A model generated the notes under the pieces. The model saw only the letters and a program-made list of their open reading frames with translations. It made no database searches and had not been told where the DNA came from. A stretch of DNA of 64,000 nucleotides, taken from positions 19,221 to 83,220 of the IMG/VR virus record IMGVR_UViG_3300037586_005524; one strand, given 5' to 3'. Below are positions 10,201 through 20,403 of this stretch, piece after piece (the stretch's first letter is position 1; the number at the start of each line of letters is the position of its first letter). Made by a program: the position numbers and the translations under genes. Source of the DNA: a virus.

Positions 10201-13200
10201 AATTCAAGAGGGAGGTCATTGTGAACAGAAGGGTCGAGTTCAAAAGCCTTAGAATTCATAACATCATCATATTCGGACTGGGCCCTGGTCTTGACGTGGG
10301 CGGACCAGTGGTCTTTGACGCACTGGGCATCGCATGCGGTGCCGATGGTATACATTCCATACCATTTTTTATATTCGTCGTATACCAACGCCATGGCGGG
10401 AGTGAGCTGCTCTTTGAGGTTGTTGTCGGGGTAGTTGGGGTGGGCCGGCGTCTCAATCTCGCCTGGTGACATGCCGGCATAAGGGAACGCGAGCCAGCCC
10501 ATGATTGTGGTAAGTTTGCTCAGGGCAATTGCTTTTTTTTCATCAAGACTTGTTGGTGTTATTTTTATTATGGGATCTTCTATCTTTGTGTGTTGGTGCG
10601 CACGGATATAAGGTTGCAATATAAAACCGCCATTTGGGCCTATTTTTGAAATAGCAGAGAGAGTAGATGCAACGGTATCTGTACCTAGGTATTCAATGTC
10701 GACGTAGCGATTTGTGCCGGCGTCTCCGTGGCCGGTGAAGAAGGCGTTGATTATAGAGAGGGGCGCCGACATTCCCCCGAAAGCGGCATCAAACTCCAAC
10801 CACTCGCCCCCGTACCACGTGTCGGTAATGTATGCCTTGGCATTGGTGCGGTACCTGTTCATGAAATGTGAGTATAATCTTGGTTTGGTTAGGAAATGAG
10901 GATTTGGAGGTTGCCAGGCGTCGGAATCTTTATTCGTGTTATAATTTGGATCTATTTCGGCTATCTGCGGCATTAAATTAAAAATATTATCGTTGGGATC
11001 TGGGGATTGAACGTCCCCAACAAAGAAATCGTCAGTATTGTCCGACCCGCCAAAAAAGCTTTTCTCTTGACCCTCCCTGTATCCATAATCTCTATCCAGG
11101 TGGCGCCAAAGAAAAGAAGACAAAAAAGAATGTTTCCAACTTTTTATATCTATATCTAATCTAGCTTCAAACTCTTTTTCCATAAAATCGCTAACTGAGA
11201 TTATTTGTTCTTTGAGCAAATATTTTATACCACTTAAACTATAAGGATTGCGATCATATTCATATGGTTCCTCAGTTAGCGGATCTAATAATTTATATCC
11301 TCGTTTAGTTGCTTCCTTTATTTTTGCCCTTAATATCTTGTTGGCATAATAAACAACATGTGATTGGAACTTTGGCTCAAAATCGGCGCCATCTTTAGGA
11401 GCTATTACTTTTGTTGCCGGTTCATCGATAAATACATTTCTACTAAAGGGCCATGGCGTGCCACCAATTGGATTACTTATACGCTGTGGCCCAGCTTTTT
11501 CGTTAGGTGTCTGAAAATTTTCTTTTTCATCTCCAGTTGTGGTCTTGAACGTTTTTTGATAATCTAACATAGCCAGTTCATGTACCATATTAGAAACAAT
11601 AAGATTTATAATTGTTTCTGATTTGAGCACATCTTTTACTTTGAACATGGTAGAAACAGGCAAAAGACGGAGAAAAGTTTCAACAGTATATAAACGAGCT
11701 AATATATAAATTATACCTTCTGCTATTGAGCGCGAAAGATTGGGAGTGTCATTATCTATATCTGGTTCTTCTTCGCACTCAAGGGCCTCATTTCTTTCGC
11801 GAATATTTTGTTTTAGTTCTTCTATTTTTAAAAGAGAAACCTGTTTTATATCACACAGATCATCGGCGGGGAATATTTCTCTAGGAAAAAGGCCGGCAAA
11901 AAACTTTCTAAACATTTCTTTACCATCAGGATGAAAGGTTGGAGATCTCCGAAATGCATCAAGCAAATGATTTCCTAAATCTCGTGTTATAATATTAAAC
12001 ATTTTTTCTAAGCTTTTCTCCGTATCTTGCCCAAAATACATCCCGGGATAGAACTTTTTATTTAATACATTAAAAAATTCTTGTTCTAGCGGAGAATGGA
12101 ACCAATTATCTGAAGCGAGGGCTGCTTCGTCGATGCCAGACTGTTTGGCCTGCTCTGTTGGGCTCATCGCCCACCAGCCGCGTTTTATTTTTCCTTCTTT
12201 TATTTTTGCAGCGTTTTCAGTATATAAATATAAATATTTTCTTATTTGAGCTTCAAGATTATCAAACCATGGCGCGCCATTGTGTAAAATATTATAAAAA
12301 AAGAACCGATCTTTACCTACCCAATAGTCAGTTTCAATTATTTGTTTTCCGGGGTCAGCAACAGAAAGATAATATTCTAGCTTATCGTCAGTCGCGTACA
12401 CGGCGAGAGGGTTGGATGGATCGCTCCAGAGGAATCTTCGCTTTGGACTTTTTAATATAAAATTACTAAGGAGGTTATCAATGCTATAACCCGGGAGCCA
12501 TTGGAAAGGGGCGTTAAATGATTCTCGTATTATTGGTAAAAGGGCGCGGTCTGGTATATTTCCTGGGGTTTGCTTTTGGTTTTGCCAGGGTGTGTCGGAT
12601 TCGAAATTCGTGAGGCCGTCAAGTGGCGGAAAGCCAGATGGGTAGCCTGTTAGAAGTTTATTATGAAATATAAATATTTCACTTTTAAACCCAGGCTCAA
12701 TTGTTCTTAAATTTTGATCAATTAATGTATTGTTTATCAGATTCGTTGGATAGATGTCATGTGGAATTCTATCCGGGTTGCCACAATCATCTGCAGCTAG
12801 GGGCGACTCTGGATTGTACGCTTTGTCAAGTAAATTAAGAAGCTTTTCTATCCTGTCAAGTTTTGCTCTGTTGCAAACATTTTCAACTTGTTCTTTTGTT
12901 GCATGGCCATCCAATAACTCTCCGCAAAGTTCATGCACGTATGGTGGGATTTCACATTCACTATAAAGCTGCGTTGGTAATTTTTTTTGTATCTCTTCAC
13001 AATATGCAGGATCAATAACGCCTTCAAAACTCTTATGAAAAAATTCCTTAATCTTTTTATAAGAAAGAGTTTCATCATTCCCTTTTAATTGAGAATAGAG
13101 ATTTTCAAATGATGTCATTAATAAATTTTTAATAATCTTTGATACAGTGAGTGTCGCCTCGCCATTGTTAAAAAGTGCACAAAGTTCTGCTTGCGAAAGC

Positions 13201-16200
13201 ATGCTTTCCAAGGCTTCCATTAGGCCTAAAATATTATTAGCTAGATCAGGCTCTGTTAAGTCAACTCCTTGGGCGCTAAGTTTTTTGGCCAAATTTCTTG
13301 CGGCGGCGCCCGGTGTTAAATCCATTAAATCATCAAAACTTGCTTTTCCAGGAATGCGATTTTTATTTCCCGGGTCTTTCGGGTCAAGGCCATCCCAGAG
13401 AAAATTCTTGAGGGCTTGGCACGCTAGAATAACTTCATTTAAGGTTTTCTTAACAAAATATAATATTGCTGCGTGAGCTATTTGTGCACCAATGGCGCGC
13501 ATCACTTCATCTGCCTGTGAGCCAAATGTGGTGGTCTTGTCTCTCGGGCGTTCTACTGCTTCTTCTTCTTTGTATTTCCGCTGCCGTTTTGCTTCATCTT
13601 CTTTTTTGGCCACTTCTTCTGGGGTTGGATTAACTGATTTTCTTATGGGATCGACGATTAAAGATTGAATTAAGTCAATAGCATTCGCACTATAACTTAT
13701 TATATTTCTGCAAAGTTCCTTTTTAAAATTGGGATCAGTCATTTTCATTATTGATTTAGATATATCGCTCGCAGCTTCTGCCACTTCAGCATTAGTTACG
13801 CCCCCATATGATGAGGGCATATATGTTCCAGCGCTTCCTTCTACATAATTTGCATATGACGAATCCATTTCAACTTGACGTCTTCGGCCGATGGTATTGG
13901 CGATTTGTGTGTCTATTGCTTTTACATCTTTCGAAAGATTCTTCTCTTCTGGTGAGCCAGGTGTCGCGTTTTTAAGCTCGGATTCAACAACAACCTTTCT
14001 AGCAGTCAGTTCTTCAATTTGTGTGTTATATCTGTCTCTTTCGGACATAAGTTGTTGAAATTCTGCGTTTTGTACTCTTTTTTGTGCTTTGATTGTCTTA
14101 GCAGCATTGGCTACTTCTGTTGCAACTTGTGCAGTAGATTCTGCAATTAATTTGGTCAAAGTGCCGTCTTTGCTTATATTATCAAAAAAGTTGTCAGCAC
14201 CCATTTCTTTCATTGCATATCTACAAGCTATTTCAAGCCACTCGTTTGGATCTAGCCAACATTTTATTGCTTGTTTTACTAAAGTTTTAACGTCTGCCTG
14301 ACTTAAGACTCTCGTGAAAATCGAACTTACGGGGTTGGGCCCATCTTCGATCCGTAATCGATCTCTTGTTTCAGGCAAAGTTCGCCAAAAATCATCGGCC
14401 ACGTTGCGTACCCACTTTCGACTATAATGGGTATAATTTTCAGCCCAAGTTGGATCATTGGTCATTGCATTCGCGCTCATTCTTGATTTGTGTGATGCAA
14501 GTGGTCCATGATTGTTAGTTATATACTGTTCCTGGGCCTTTTTGGTTCCTTCAGGATGATCATGAAGAAACTTATGAGTATGCTGAATAGGTCCAATATA
14601 TTTTTCAATAAAACTAAGAAGATCCAACTTTGTCCTGGCTGTTTCTGGGTCTATGTTAAAATCTACTTTAGGGTTGCGGCTGGCGCGGTCATCAACTACA
14701 TCAAAACTATTTCCTTTGTGCATTGTAGATATAAAATATAATGTTCTTTCTGTGTCGGTCACAGTTCTGCGTAGTGTGCGCCGGAAGTCTTGAAAAGCGG
14801 GCTCTAAAGAAGCATTGAAGCCTCCTCCAAGGATTCTTGAATGTTCAACTTCACCCAGTCTTTGTATGCCAATTAAGCCAGGGGCCGTGCTATCTTCATT
14901 AAACTTAGTTTTCGGAGCGTATTCCCGTACATATGCAATATCCCAATCGGGTGCTGGGCCGTGAATTTTTTCTAGTTTTTTGTTTGATTTAGTAATGCCA
15001 ATTTCAATTAAGTTCTTATCTTTGCCCCATGTTTCTGGATATTTTGCCCACTCTTCTTGTGCTTCTGAGGTTGGCCTATCCCCGGAGAAAAATCCACTGG
15101 GGACTCCTTGGCCGCCGCCGGCGGTGGCATCTTTTAATAAAGTTTTTAGTGCTTCTCTGAAGTCCTCTATCTGGTCTGCTTCGTTATCAAGCGATATCGT
15201 GTCCCAGCTGCCAAGTGCTGTTCCTTTTGGCGCCGGAGTTGGGCCAATTTCAAGTGGCGGTATAGACTCCTTTTGGGCTTGCTGATATACCTTTAATGTT
15301 TTTGCTATTTCATCAAGATCGTCATCGATTGATCCAACTTTCATAATTATTGCCCTATCAGGCGCTAAAACTTCTAGATTGGCACCAGGATCCGCGTCCT
15401 GAAGAAGGAGCAGTGTGGCTGGTTTACTTATCCCAATAAGAAAAGTTAAGCCTGGGTTGAACATACTTTGGTTGTCTTCTATGTCCTCTATTTCGGCATT
15501 AATAGAAGCCAATTCAGCTTCTTGGAGACTATCTGGTGGCGGTGGCTGCGGTATTGCGTCTCTTTGTGCTTTAAGTTCTGCAAGTTTTTGTTTGTCTGCA
15601 GGCGCGTGAGCATCCTTTCTAGTTTCAATTGTATAGCCCCCAAATTCAACATAACCAGCTTTGATAAACTCTTCAACTTTGGGCCCAATCAAATTATAAT
15701 AATCTTCTCGGTTTGTTTGTCCTGGGCCAGTAATGGCGCCTTTGTGGGCTATATTAGCCTTGACAAATCTTCTACCCAACAATTCCAACGCAAGAGGAAG
15801 TGAAGCTTTAACCATATCGAACCAGGTTTCATACCCAATTTCAACACTGCCTTGGGCGAATTGTGCGATTGGATGTAAATTTTTATATGATCTATAATCA
15901 AATGTATAATAGTACCAATCACTATCTTCTAATAATTCAACAAATCCAAATGGCTTATCTTCTAACCCATCAGCCCCAACTGGTTCGACATCATGGATAT
16001 CAATAGCATGCTGTGTTGCTAAGTGTATAAAACTTTCTGGTACTAGTGCTTTGGTGCGTATATTTGAGTCGACTGTGACACTCTGCGGTGCTGGCGAGGC
16101 CTGCGTCATGGCGTAGAGACGGTCGCCGCCGATGATCGGTCCGCGCTTGGCGTCGTCTTCGTCCGCGGTGTAGAGATCCACCATTGCGTCGAATGGGTTG

Positions 16201-16328
16201 GTGGCGCCCTTTTTACCAAAGGTTTCCGCCGCGCCCTCACCAGTCCATAAATCATCGGTAGACCACTTTTCTTTAATTAGATCAATAACTTCTTGATATC
16301 TTTTGCTGCCGAAATAGCCTTCTTTCAC
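7206..16328 (-). CDS. Giant (3040 aa) putative virion protein of unknown function
   Basis: Uninterrupted 9.1-kb ORF, GTG start with GGAG RBS, between the gp5-like and gp25-like genes; coiled-coil segments; no recognisable catalytic motif. Confidence 0.7.
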   Translation of the reverse strand: MKEGYFGSKRYQEVIDLIKEKWSTDDLWTGEGAAETFGKKGATNPFDAMVDLYTADEDDAKRGPIIGGDRLYAMTQASPAPQSVTVDSNIRTKALVPESFIHLATQHAIDIHDVEPVGADGLEDKPFGFVELLEDSDWYYYTFDYRSYKNLHPIAQFAQGSVEIGYETWFDMVKASLPLALELLGRRFVKANIAHKGAITGPGQTNREDYYNLIGPKVEEFIKAGYVEFGGYTIETRKDAHAPADKQKLAELKAQRDAIPQPPPPDSLQEAELASINAEIEDIEDNQSMFNPGLTFLIGISKPATLLLLQDADPGANLEVLAPDRAIIMKVGSIDDDLDEIAKTLKVYQQAQKESIPPLEIGPTPAPKGTALGSWDTISLDNEADQIEDFREALKTLLKDATAGGGQGVPSGFFSGDRPTSEAQEEWAKYPETWGKDKNLIEIGITKSNKKLEKIHGPAPDWDIAYVREYAPKTKFNEDSTAPGLIGIQRLGEVEHSRILGGGFNASLEPAFQDFRRTLRRTVTDTERTLYFISTMHKGNSFDVVDDRASRNPKVDFNIDPETARTKLDLLSFIEKYIGPIQHTHKFLHDHPEGTKKAQEQYITNNHGPLASHKSRMSANAMTNDPTWAENYTHYSRKWVRNVADDFWRTLPETRDRLRIEDGPNPVSSIFTRVLSQADVKTLVKQAIKCWLDPNEWLEIACRYAMKEMGADNFFDNISKDGTLTKLIAESTAQVATEVANAAKTIKAQKRVQNAEFQQLMSERDRYNTQIEELTARKVVVESELKNATPGSPEEKNLSKDVKAIDTQIANTIGRRRQVEMDSSYANYVEGSAGTYMPSSYGGVTNAEVAEAASDISKSIMKMTDPNFKKELCRNIISYSANAIDLIQSLIVDPIRKSVNPTPEEVAKKEDEAKRQRKYKEEEAVERPRDKTTTFGSQADEVMRAIGAQIAHAAILYFVKKTLNEVILACQALKNFLWDGLDPKDPGNKNRIPGKASFDDLMDLTPGAAARNLAKKLSAQGVDLTEPDLANNILGLMEALESMLSQAELCALFNNGEATLTVSKIIKNLLMTSFENLYSQLKGNDETLSYKKIKEFFHKSFEGVIDPAYCEEIQKKLPTQLYSECEIPPYVHELCGELLDGHATKEQVENVCNRAKLDRIEKLLNLLDKAYNPESPLAADDCGNPDRIPHDIYPTNLINNTLIDQNLRTIEPGFKSEIFIFHNKLLTGYPSGFPPLDGLTNFESDTPWQNQKQTPGNIPDRALLPIIRESFNAPFQWLPGYSIDNLLSNFILKSPKRRFLWSDPSNPLAVYATDDKLEYYLSVADPGKQIIETDYWVGKDRFFFYNILHNGAPWFDNLEAQIRKYLYLYTENAAKIKEGKIKRGWWAMSPTEQAKQSGIDEAALASDNWFHSPLEQEFFNVLNKKFYPGMYFGQDTEKSLEKMFNIITRDLGNHLLDAFRRSPTFHPDGKEMFRKFFAGLFPREIFPADDLCDIKQVSLLKIEELKQNIRERNEALECEEEPDIDNDTPNLSRSIAEGIIYILARLYTVETFLRLLPVSTMFKVKDVLKSETIINLIVSNMVHELAMLDYQKTFKTTTGDEKENFQTPNEKAGPQRISNPIGGTPWPFSRNVFIDEPATKVIAPKDGADFEPKFQSHVVYYANKILRAKIKEATKRGYKLLDPLTEEPYEYDRNPYSLSGIKYLLKEQIISVSDFMEKEFEARLDIDIKSWKHSFLSSFLWRHLDRDYGYREGQEKSFFGGSDNTDDFFVGDVQSPDPNDNIFNLMPQIAEIDPNYNTNKDSDAWQPPNPHFLTKPRLYSHFMNRYRTNAKAYITDTWYGGEWLEFDAAFGGMSAPLSIINAFFTGHGDAGTNRYVDIEYLGTDTVASTLSAISKIGPNGGFILQPYIRAHQHTKIEDPIIKITPTSLDEKKAIALSKLTTIMGWLAFPYAGMSPGEIETPAHPNYPDNNLKEQLTPAMALVYDEYKKWYGMYTIGTACDAQCVKDHWSAHVKTRAQSEYDDVMNSKAFELDPSVHNDLPLEFGNIWHTPDNLDEKPGAYININQWREAMTADSFGVAKYKNSVQASEPHTNYFDPWMYGLRLVYVLPLRYDYAPVYSGVGPPAIQIDPSTGDTIYLGLEKEPVKRKLNSDDTNKTVKIDLDKLLLPFNTSINGPIEGPNLLNKKAYILYEKLRKAELDTGTYMFVEYESALTTLKEGADISPPIIEIPLMEVELPVGGLNFAETGALHSFYESQAKEQGKSDQDAKTIADGFVKLAQDTKAVPLGYFSYQDSIEDEFPLNKLLGLMTETSDFEKLFGRIFPIDNYKTLISLYVLMQTFELDEYTKTTQAEYDTGNKDSNGLPVYDTETELKGGMFPETKGMLRSLFYSNTQAADPLKGGAEAASQEQTSQTEDTGEDSWWNKFQTLMLGSPPSYSQIFAMTPLGIMKGMVQATDPGWKKCNPFFMTPWTPAGFTMCMLEKYLGDTMSGIWFGNKAPDQLKAAEVKACDSAVDEDPTISKEEYTADEKMFDMLMKSYNIMEDDRNWILRQKYKARNSNSTAFPRDNPGASFDWAYQYRKFSDTALFDTLIAAEKAGEATSDMNLEVIFSTLREYYDTLIEVEGHAFDYIEKYKRVISDLTKNEDYYINNAWVADSMILPGSSQGFLDILYFNCESVNSSPFPVSDTLVDLCDNKATFELARKQILILEGFYNDVLSAGGQQTIPGPSYLPSLSNFQWCIDEACDTWEPVLSRVTFLGEEVSIFEKGDKKLEIQKKLEEITKDSPVVAWVIKFPYTNEDYEGTNCKGNWHHPSAQTREYFRPNFLDGNTLSFVVGQPDGPKHFYEATCDKTLGYIKWKKDDPDSNVHGSTSTKIAVKDMGSSWVYGENTTSAGSGWAFSVDHGSCGELNYLAGSIKKSIEEFITQNNLQDIVTIQWVDRNAEDAGGEWFDGKPLPNRNRGGVELHITGLLTAPAGTLITESGLSPAEIAQIGEKYVAAGGDIDDLDVAFMEGNWNRQIAVTHGLDTKIWDPYDVLGTDALC

Positions 16329-16337
16329 TTCTTTCTC

Positions 16338-17414
16338 CTAATTTGTATTGTTATATTTGCTCTTGATGTAGCACTTTGGATTTTGTGGGTTAAGATATTT
16401 TGACTCGATTTTTCGAATATTCTTTGTGTGCCTCTTATAAGAAACAAATACTGTTGTCCCAATACCATTGCTAGCATCACAGCCACTATTTATATTTCGT
16501 GCGTCTTCTCGTACCGGAGTATATGGACATGCTGGCGGGTGCCCATGATTAGAATAATGGTCTAAAAATTGAACCAGATAATTAACTAATTTTTGATTTG
16601 TTGACATGATTTGTCTTATTTCATAAGAAATTTCGCGCAAGCATCCTTCCAAATTATCGCCTTTCACTAAAGGTTGCATGGTCGCACCTCTTTTCAAAAA
16701 TTTGTTTTCGCCGTCGCCGAGCTTTTCTGTCACTGTGGCGTTCTCTGGGTCTATGGCGATCAAATCAATTCCTTTGGCTGTGATGACTTCGCCATATGAG
16801 TTAACTTTATCGGGTCCGGTTATTAATTTAATTCCCTCATTTCCTATAATTCTTATTGCATCGGCTTTGATACCAATTCCAGACATATTAATAGATGGTT
16901 TGACTTTTCCTTCGGGAATCCCACGAAGCTTGGTGAGGCCAAAATTATCATCAATATCTGTTTTTTGACTAATATAAATTCTAGCTGCATCAGTTGCAAA
17001 TTTTACAGGCGCGGGGTTTTGCTTGTCTTCTTTCGGGGCATATGGAACTAGCATCGGATCGACCATCATGGAGCTTTCCGTATCGCCTTCGCCGGCATAC
17101 TTAAATTTTTCTATTGGCGTTGGGTGCATTCTTCCGACTACAAGATCAATCATTCCACATTGTGTGTCGCCTTTACCGCCATACCCTGAATATATCCCAC
17201 CTGGTCTATCTCGGCCTAGGACAATATAACTATTGTTTTTTCCAGGAATTACTGTTTCACAATCTGCCTTCACAAAATGAGGTATTGGTTCTCTAATATT
17301 TCCACAATTTAGGCCGGGGACTTTTTTAGTCTTTGACTGGTTCGTTTTGGCCTTTTGGAGATCCTTGGAGTCCATGCCGCTTTGGTTTATTGCTGGTACA
17401 TCGCCATTTGCCAT
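16338..17414 (-). CDS. Baseplate central spike-like protein (gp5/gpV C-terminal-like)
   Basis: Beta-strand repeats (IGIKADAIRIIG.EGIKLITG), QPLVKGDNL and a late HGH (HxH) motif typical of spike tips; position in the baseplate module. Confidence 0.6.
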   Translation of the reverse strand: MANGDVPAINQSGMDSKDLQKAKTNQSKTKKVPGLNCGNIREPIPHFVKADCETVIPGKNNSYIVLGRDRPGGIYSGYGGKGDTQCGMIDLVVGRMHPTPIEKFKYAGEGDTESSMMVDPMLVPYAPKEDKQNPAPVKFATDAARIYISQKTDIDDNFGLTKLRGIPEGKVKPSINMSGIGIKADAIRIIGNEGIKLITGPDKVNSYGEVITAKGIDLIAIDPENATVTEKLGDGENKFLKRGATMQPLVKGDNLEGCLREISYEIRQIMSTNQKLVNYLVQFLDHYSNHGHPPACPYTPVREDARNINSGCDASNGIGTTVFVSYKRHTKNIRKIESKYLNPQNPKCYIKSKYNNTN

Positions 17415-17415
17415 T

Positions 17416-19419
17416 TTATGTTTTCTCCATATAAGATGTTGCTTTAAACCACATTTTTTGTCCTTTTTCTAAATATTTATTTAAGGAAACGTCACCAAAA
17501 ACTGGTATTTTTGTTGGGCCATGACCTTTGCCCTTGTGAAGCTTTGGTATTGTTTCGGCTGCCGCGGCTAAAGTAATATACCAAGATTCTAAATGGCCAA
17601 AACCGAGTTGGCGCGTAAGAAGATAGTGTTCTAAAAATGGGCTGCTATCTGTTCCCCATCTAGAATAAGAAACTATTCCAGATATTGCAGAATTACCTTT
17701 ACTTTTTAAACCGTTTTTCCAAAATATTTCTGGTTTATTATATTTTTCGATTGGAAGAGGCCCTATTTTCCCCCATGGGAATCCGGGTTCAATATTGTGC
17801 CTATTCCCCCTTTTTTTAATAAAATGGCTGGTTGGATAGATATCCACGCCGCCTCCGGCGGCAGGAAAATTCCAAGCTAAAATATGTTTATGCCATGTAG
17901 GCTTCTTATACCCCCAGGAATATGTTGATCTCGGAGGCGTGTTGACAATACTTGACACCAATTCATATAAAGCCGCAGCCTGGTCAAGTGTCGGCAAAAA
18001 ATAATGCCCAGTAGGAGACCAAGTTATTCGACCTGACCAAAAATTATTATTTGAAATATCTAAAACTGGGGTATTCTGATTTGCATTTGGTCCTGTTCGC
18101 AGCCCGGGCGTTCCAAAAGGACCTAGTATAAATGGGAAAGAATTATCTGGTAATCTTTTGTCTGTAATCCAATTATGTAATTTATTTTTAAAATTAGAAA
18201 ATTTTTGACTTTTATTAATTTCTTTTATTGGCTTATGCGAAGCCCAAGTAGAGCTAGGTCCAAAAAAATGACGTCCATCAAATGGCGAAGAAACCATACA
18301 ACCAACAGAGGTACTAGAAAAAGTATTCTTTTCATTTATAACAAGGCCATATGGTACATTAACTCGAATTGTACAAAGTCTATGTTTATGGCCGTTCTTA
18401 TAATTTTCAAGACCAACATGAGAACCATCTAAAATAGAATTCATAGAAATTGTATAATGCATGGTAGGATTTGTGTGTATTTTTTTATATGTTTCTATAT
18501 GATTTCGACCAGATTCTCTTATTATAAAAAGTTTTGTTTCTTTTCTTTGTTTGATTTCTAAATCTGGAGGTAAGAAAAATAATTTATTTCCTGGTCTGTG
18601 TTGAATATATTTAAAATCAGAAAGCTCATCAGCCATGTCTTCGACATTTTTAATTATTGAAGATCCTGGAAGGATATCGTAATTTTTCATATTAGGATAA
18701 TCAAGCTCTTTATCAATATAAATTTCTCTGGTGAGGTGTGCCAAACTAGAAACCTCTAGCGTTTCAGCTGTTATTTCTCCTGGGGTAAAATACACATATT
18801 TATCTTCAAAAGGGCTCCCTTTATTTATATTTCCCTTTGCATTCTTATCATAGGCGTCTTGTGGCGAATCTATTGTAGGAAGTGGTATGAGGATTGGTCT
18901 AGTCTTATGAACTGGGCCTATATAAATTGGGTCAGTCCAAGTAGATGTATCCTGCGGGTCTGGCTTGTTTAGCCAGTCAACATAAACTAGCTCTCCCAGA
19001 TGAGGAACGTGTAAACATTCTTCTTTTGCAACAAATCTTGGAAGTGCGATAACGGCGTCTACCTCACCAGGCTCAAGATCCTCTCCTCCAGAATCTCCTG
19101 TTACATGATTAATTAAATATGAGGTGGGTTTTGGAGTGAGCGTAATACCATCAACATACCCATAAACTTTTACTTTTGGTATCATTGGAGTTTGTGTTAT
19201 CCTTCTCATCCGTGATTCGTCAGAAGTAGGATAGTCCCACGTGCTTGTACTGTCTAAACCAAATACGACAGCATAATATGGACCTGCTTGGGCAAGATTA
19301 ATATTAGTTTTATAGTCTTTTAATATTAACTTTACAAGTTCTCTGAAGGGATTGAAATTGCTTACATCAAATTCTCGGCTGGTTGGAAGATTGGTTGTTA
19401 TATTATCAACCATTTCCAT
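17416..19419 (-). CDS. Putative baseplate hub protein with degenerate amidase-like C-terminal domain
   Basis: N-terminal OB-fold-like VPHLGELVYV motif; C-terminal half follows Amidase_2 spacing (FIIRES / MHYTI / SVGCM / PTLDQAAALYELV) without the canonical His ligands. Confidence 0.45.
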   Translation of the reverse strand: MEMVDNITTNLPTSREFDVSNFNPFRELVKLILKDYKTNINLAQAGPYYAVVFGLDSTSTWDYPTSDESRMRRITQTPMIPKVKVYGYVDGITLTPKPTSYLINHVTGDSGGEDLEPGEVDAVIALPRFVAKEECLHVPHLGELVYVDWLNKPDPQDTSTWTDPIYIGPVHKTRPILIPLPTIDSPQDAYDKNAKGNINKGSPFEDKYVYFTPGEITAETLEVSSLAHLTREIYIDKELDYPNMKNYDILPGSSIIKNVEDMADELSDFKYIQHRPGNKLFFLPPDLEIKQRKETKLFIIRESGRNHIETYKKIHTNPTMHYTISMNSILDGSHVGLENYKNGHKHRLCTIRVNVPYGLVINEKNTFSSTSVGCMVSSPFDGRHFFGPSSTWASHKPIKEINKSQKFSNFKNKLHNWITDKRLPDNSFPFILGPFGTPGLRTGPNANQNTPVLDISNNNFWSGRITWSPTGHYFLPTLDQAAALYELVSSIVNTPPRSTYSWGYKKPTWHKHILAWNFPAAGGGVDIYPTSHFIKKRGNRHNIEPGFPWGKIGPLPIEKYNKPEIFWKNGLKSKGNSAISGIVSYSRWGTDSSPFLEHYLLTRQLGFGHLESWYITLAAAAETIPKLHKGKGHGPTKIPVFGDVSLNKYLEKGQKMWFKATSYMEKT

Positions 19420-19723
19420 TTCCTTGAATTAAATCAAATAGTTCATCTTTGTCTTCATTTGAAAGGGAGACGTCTTCCTGTTTAGAAAGTTGTTTGTGGA
19501 GCAAAGCAGTAATCTTTACCAATTGTTCATTAGACCTTTGTAAGGTTTCTACATACTTTGCAGCAATTTGTCCCAGATCTTTATGCGTGTCCGCAGTTGA
19601 TTGTGTCTTTTTTATCTCGATGACTAAATCTGAAAGTAAATTCGCAGTGATCGAGCGATCATTTTTAATGTTTTCTATTGCTTCTTGAATATATTCACTT
19701 ACATGTTTCAGTCCCGATTCCAT
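19406..19723 (-). CDS. Helical/coiled-coil hypothetical protein
   Basis: 105 aa, overlaps both neighbours in operon fashion. Confidence 0.65.
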   Translation of the reverse strand: MESGLKHVSEYIQEAIENIKNDRSITANLLSDLVIEIKKTQSTADTHKDLGQIAAKYVETLQRSNEQLVKITALLHKQLSKQEDVSLSNEDKDELFDLIQGNGNG

Positions 19724-20403
19724 TCTTTTTTAAACCCCCGATATCTTACTCTCAATTTATTAAGATTGTTGACTACTTGTTTTGTATTTAATCCTGTAAT
19801 TTCCCTTAGATATAAGTAAATAGCTTTTTTGTTGAAAATTTCAATATCTTCTGAGCTTTCGAATAAAATTTTTACTGCTTCTAAAACTTTTCTCTCGTTG
19901 GCTTTAAGATTTTCACCGCCCCAAGATTCAATGCGCAAATACAATGATTTCCAAAATTCTTTTTCATTTCGAGTTTCATAATAATTATTATAAGAAACTA
20001 AATGCTCTTGTTCTAGGCTTTGTTTTACATCATCTAGTTGCACTTCTCTTTTTGTTTGTTTTGAATTTTTCTTAACTTTATGAATAAACCAATTTTTTGT
20101 AATTACACTAAAATAAGAAAAAGCTTTTGAGCCTTTTTCTGGATCAAATTTATCTAATATAGTTGTAAGCCAAATCTTACATTCTTCTTTTAAATTATCG
20201 ATATTGGGTAAGTTTGTAAATTTATAAGTGTAAACTATCTTGTCTACCATTTCATCGAAAACGGGGCCTATATATTCAATATATAATTTTGTTCTAATTT
20301 TTATGTCATCTGTTTTTGCGTATTCTACAATAGCGTCTTGATGATCCTTGGTAAAATAATGATTTTTACGTTTCGCCATCTTCACCTTCCTCTTCTTCAT
20401 CAT
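19708..20403 (-). CDS. Phage RNA polymerase sigma factor (T4 gp55-like late sigma); true start probably MAKRKNHYF at 20379
   Basis: N-terminal HYF motif and sigma region 2 motif LDKFDPEKGSKAFSYFSVITKNWF. Confidence 0.8.
   Translation of the reverse strand: MMKKRKVKMAKRKNHYFTKDHQDAIVEYAKTDDIKIRTKLYIEYIGPVFDEMVDKIVYTYKFTNLPNIDNLKEECKIWLTTILDKFDPEKGSKAFSYFSVITKNWFIHKVKKNSKQTKREVQLDDVKQSLEQEHLVSYNNYYETRNEKEFWKSLYLRIESWGGENLKANERKVLEAVKILFESSEDIEIFNKKAIYLYLREITGLNTKQVVNNLNKLRVRYRGFKKEWNRD

Noticed and set aside
7206-16328. Tape measure protein, intein-containing protein or RNA polymerase subunit
   Set aside because: No periodic tape-measure repeats, intein splice motifs or DxDGD polymerase motif recognised.
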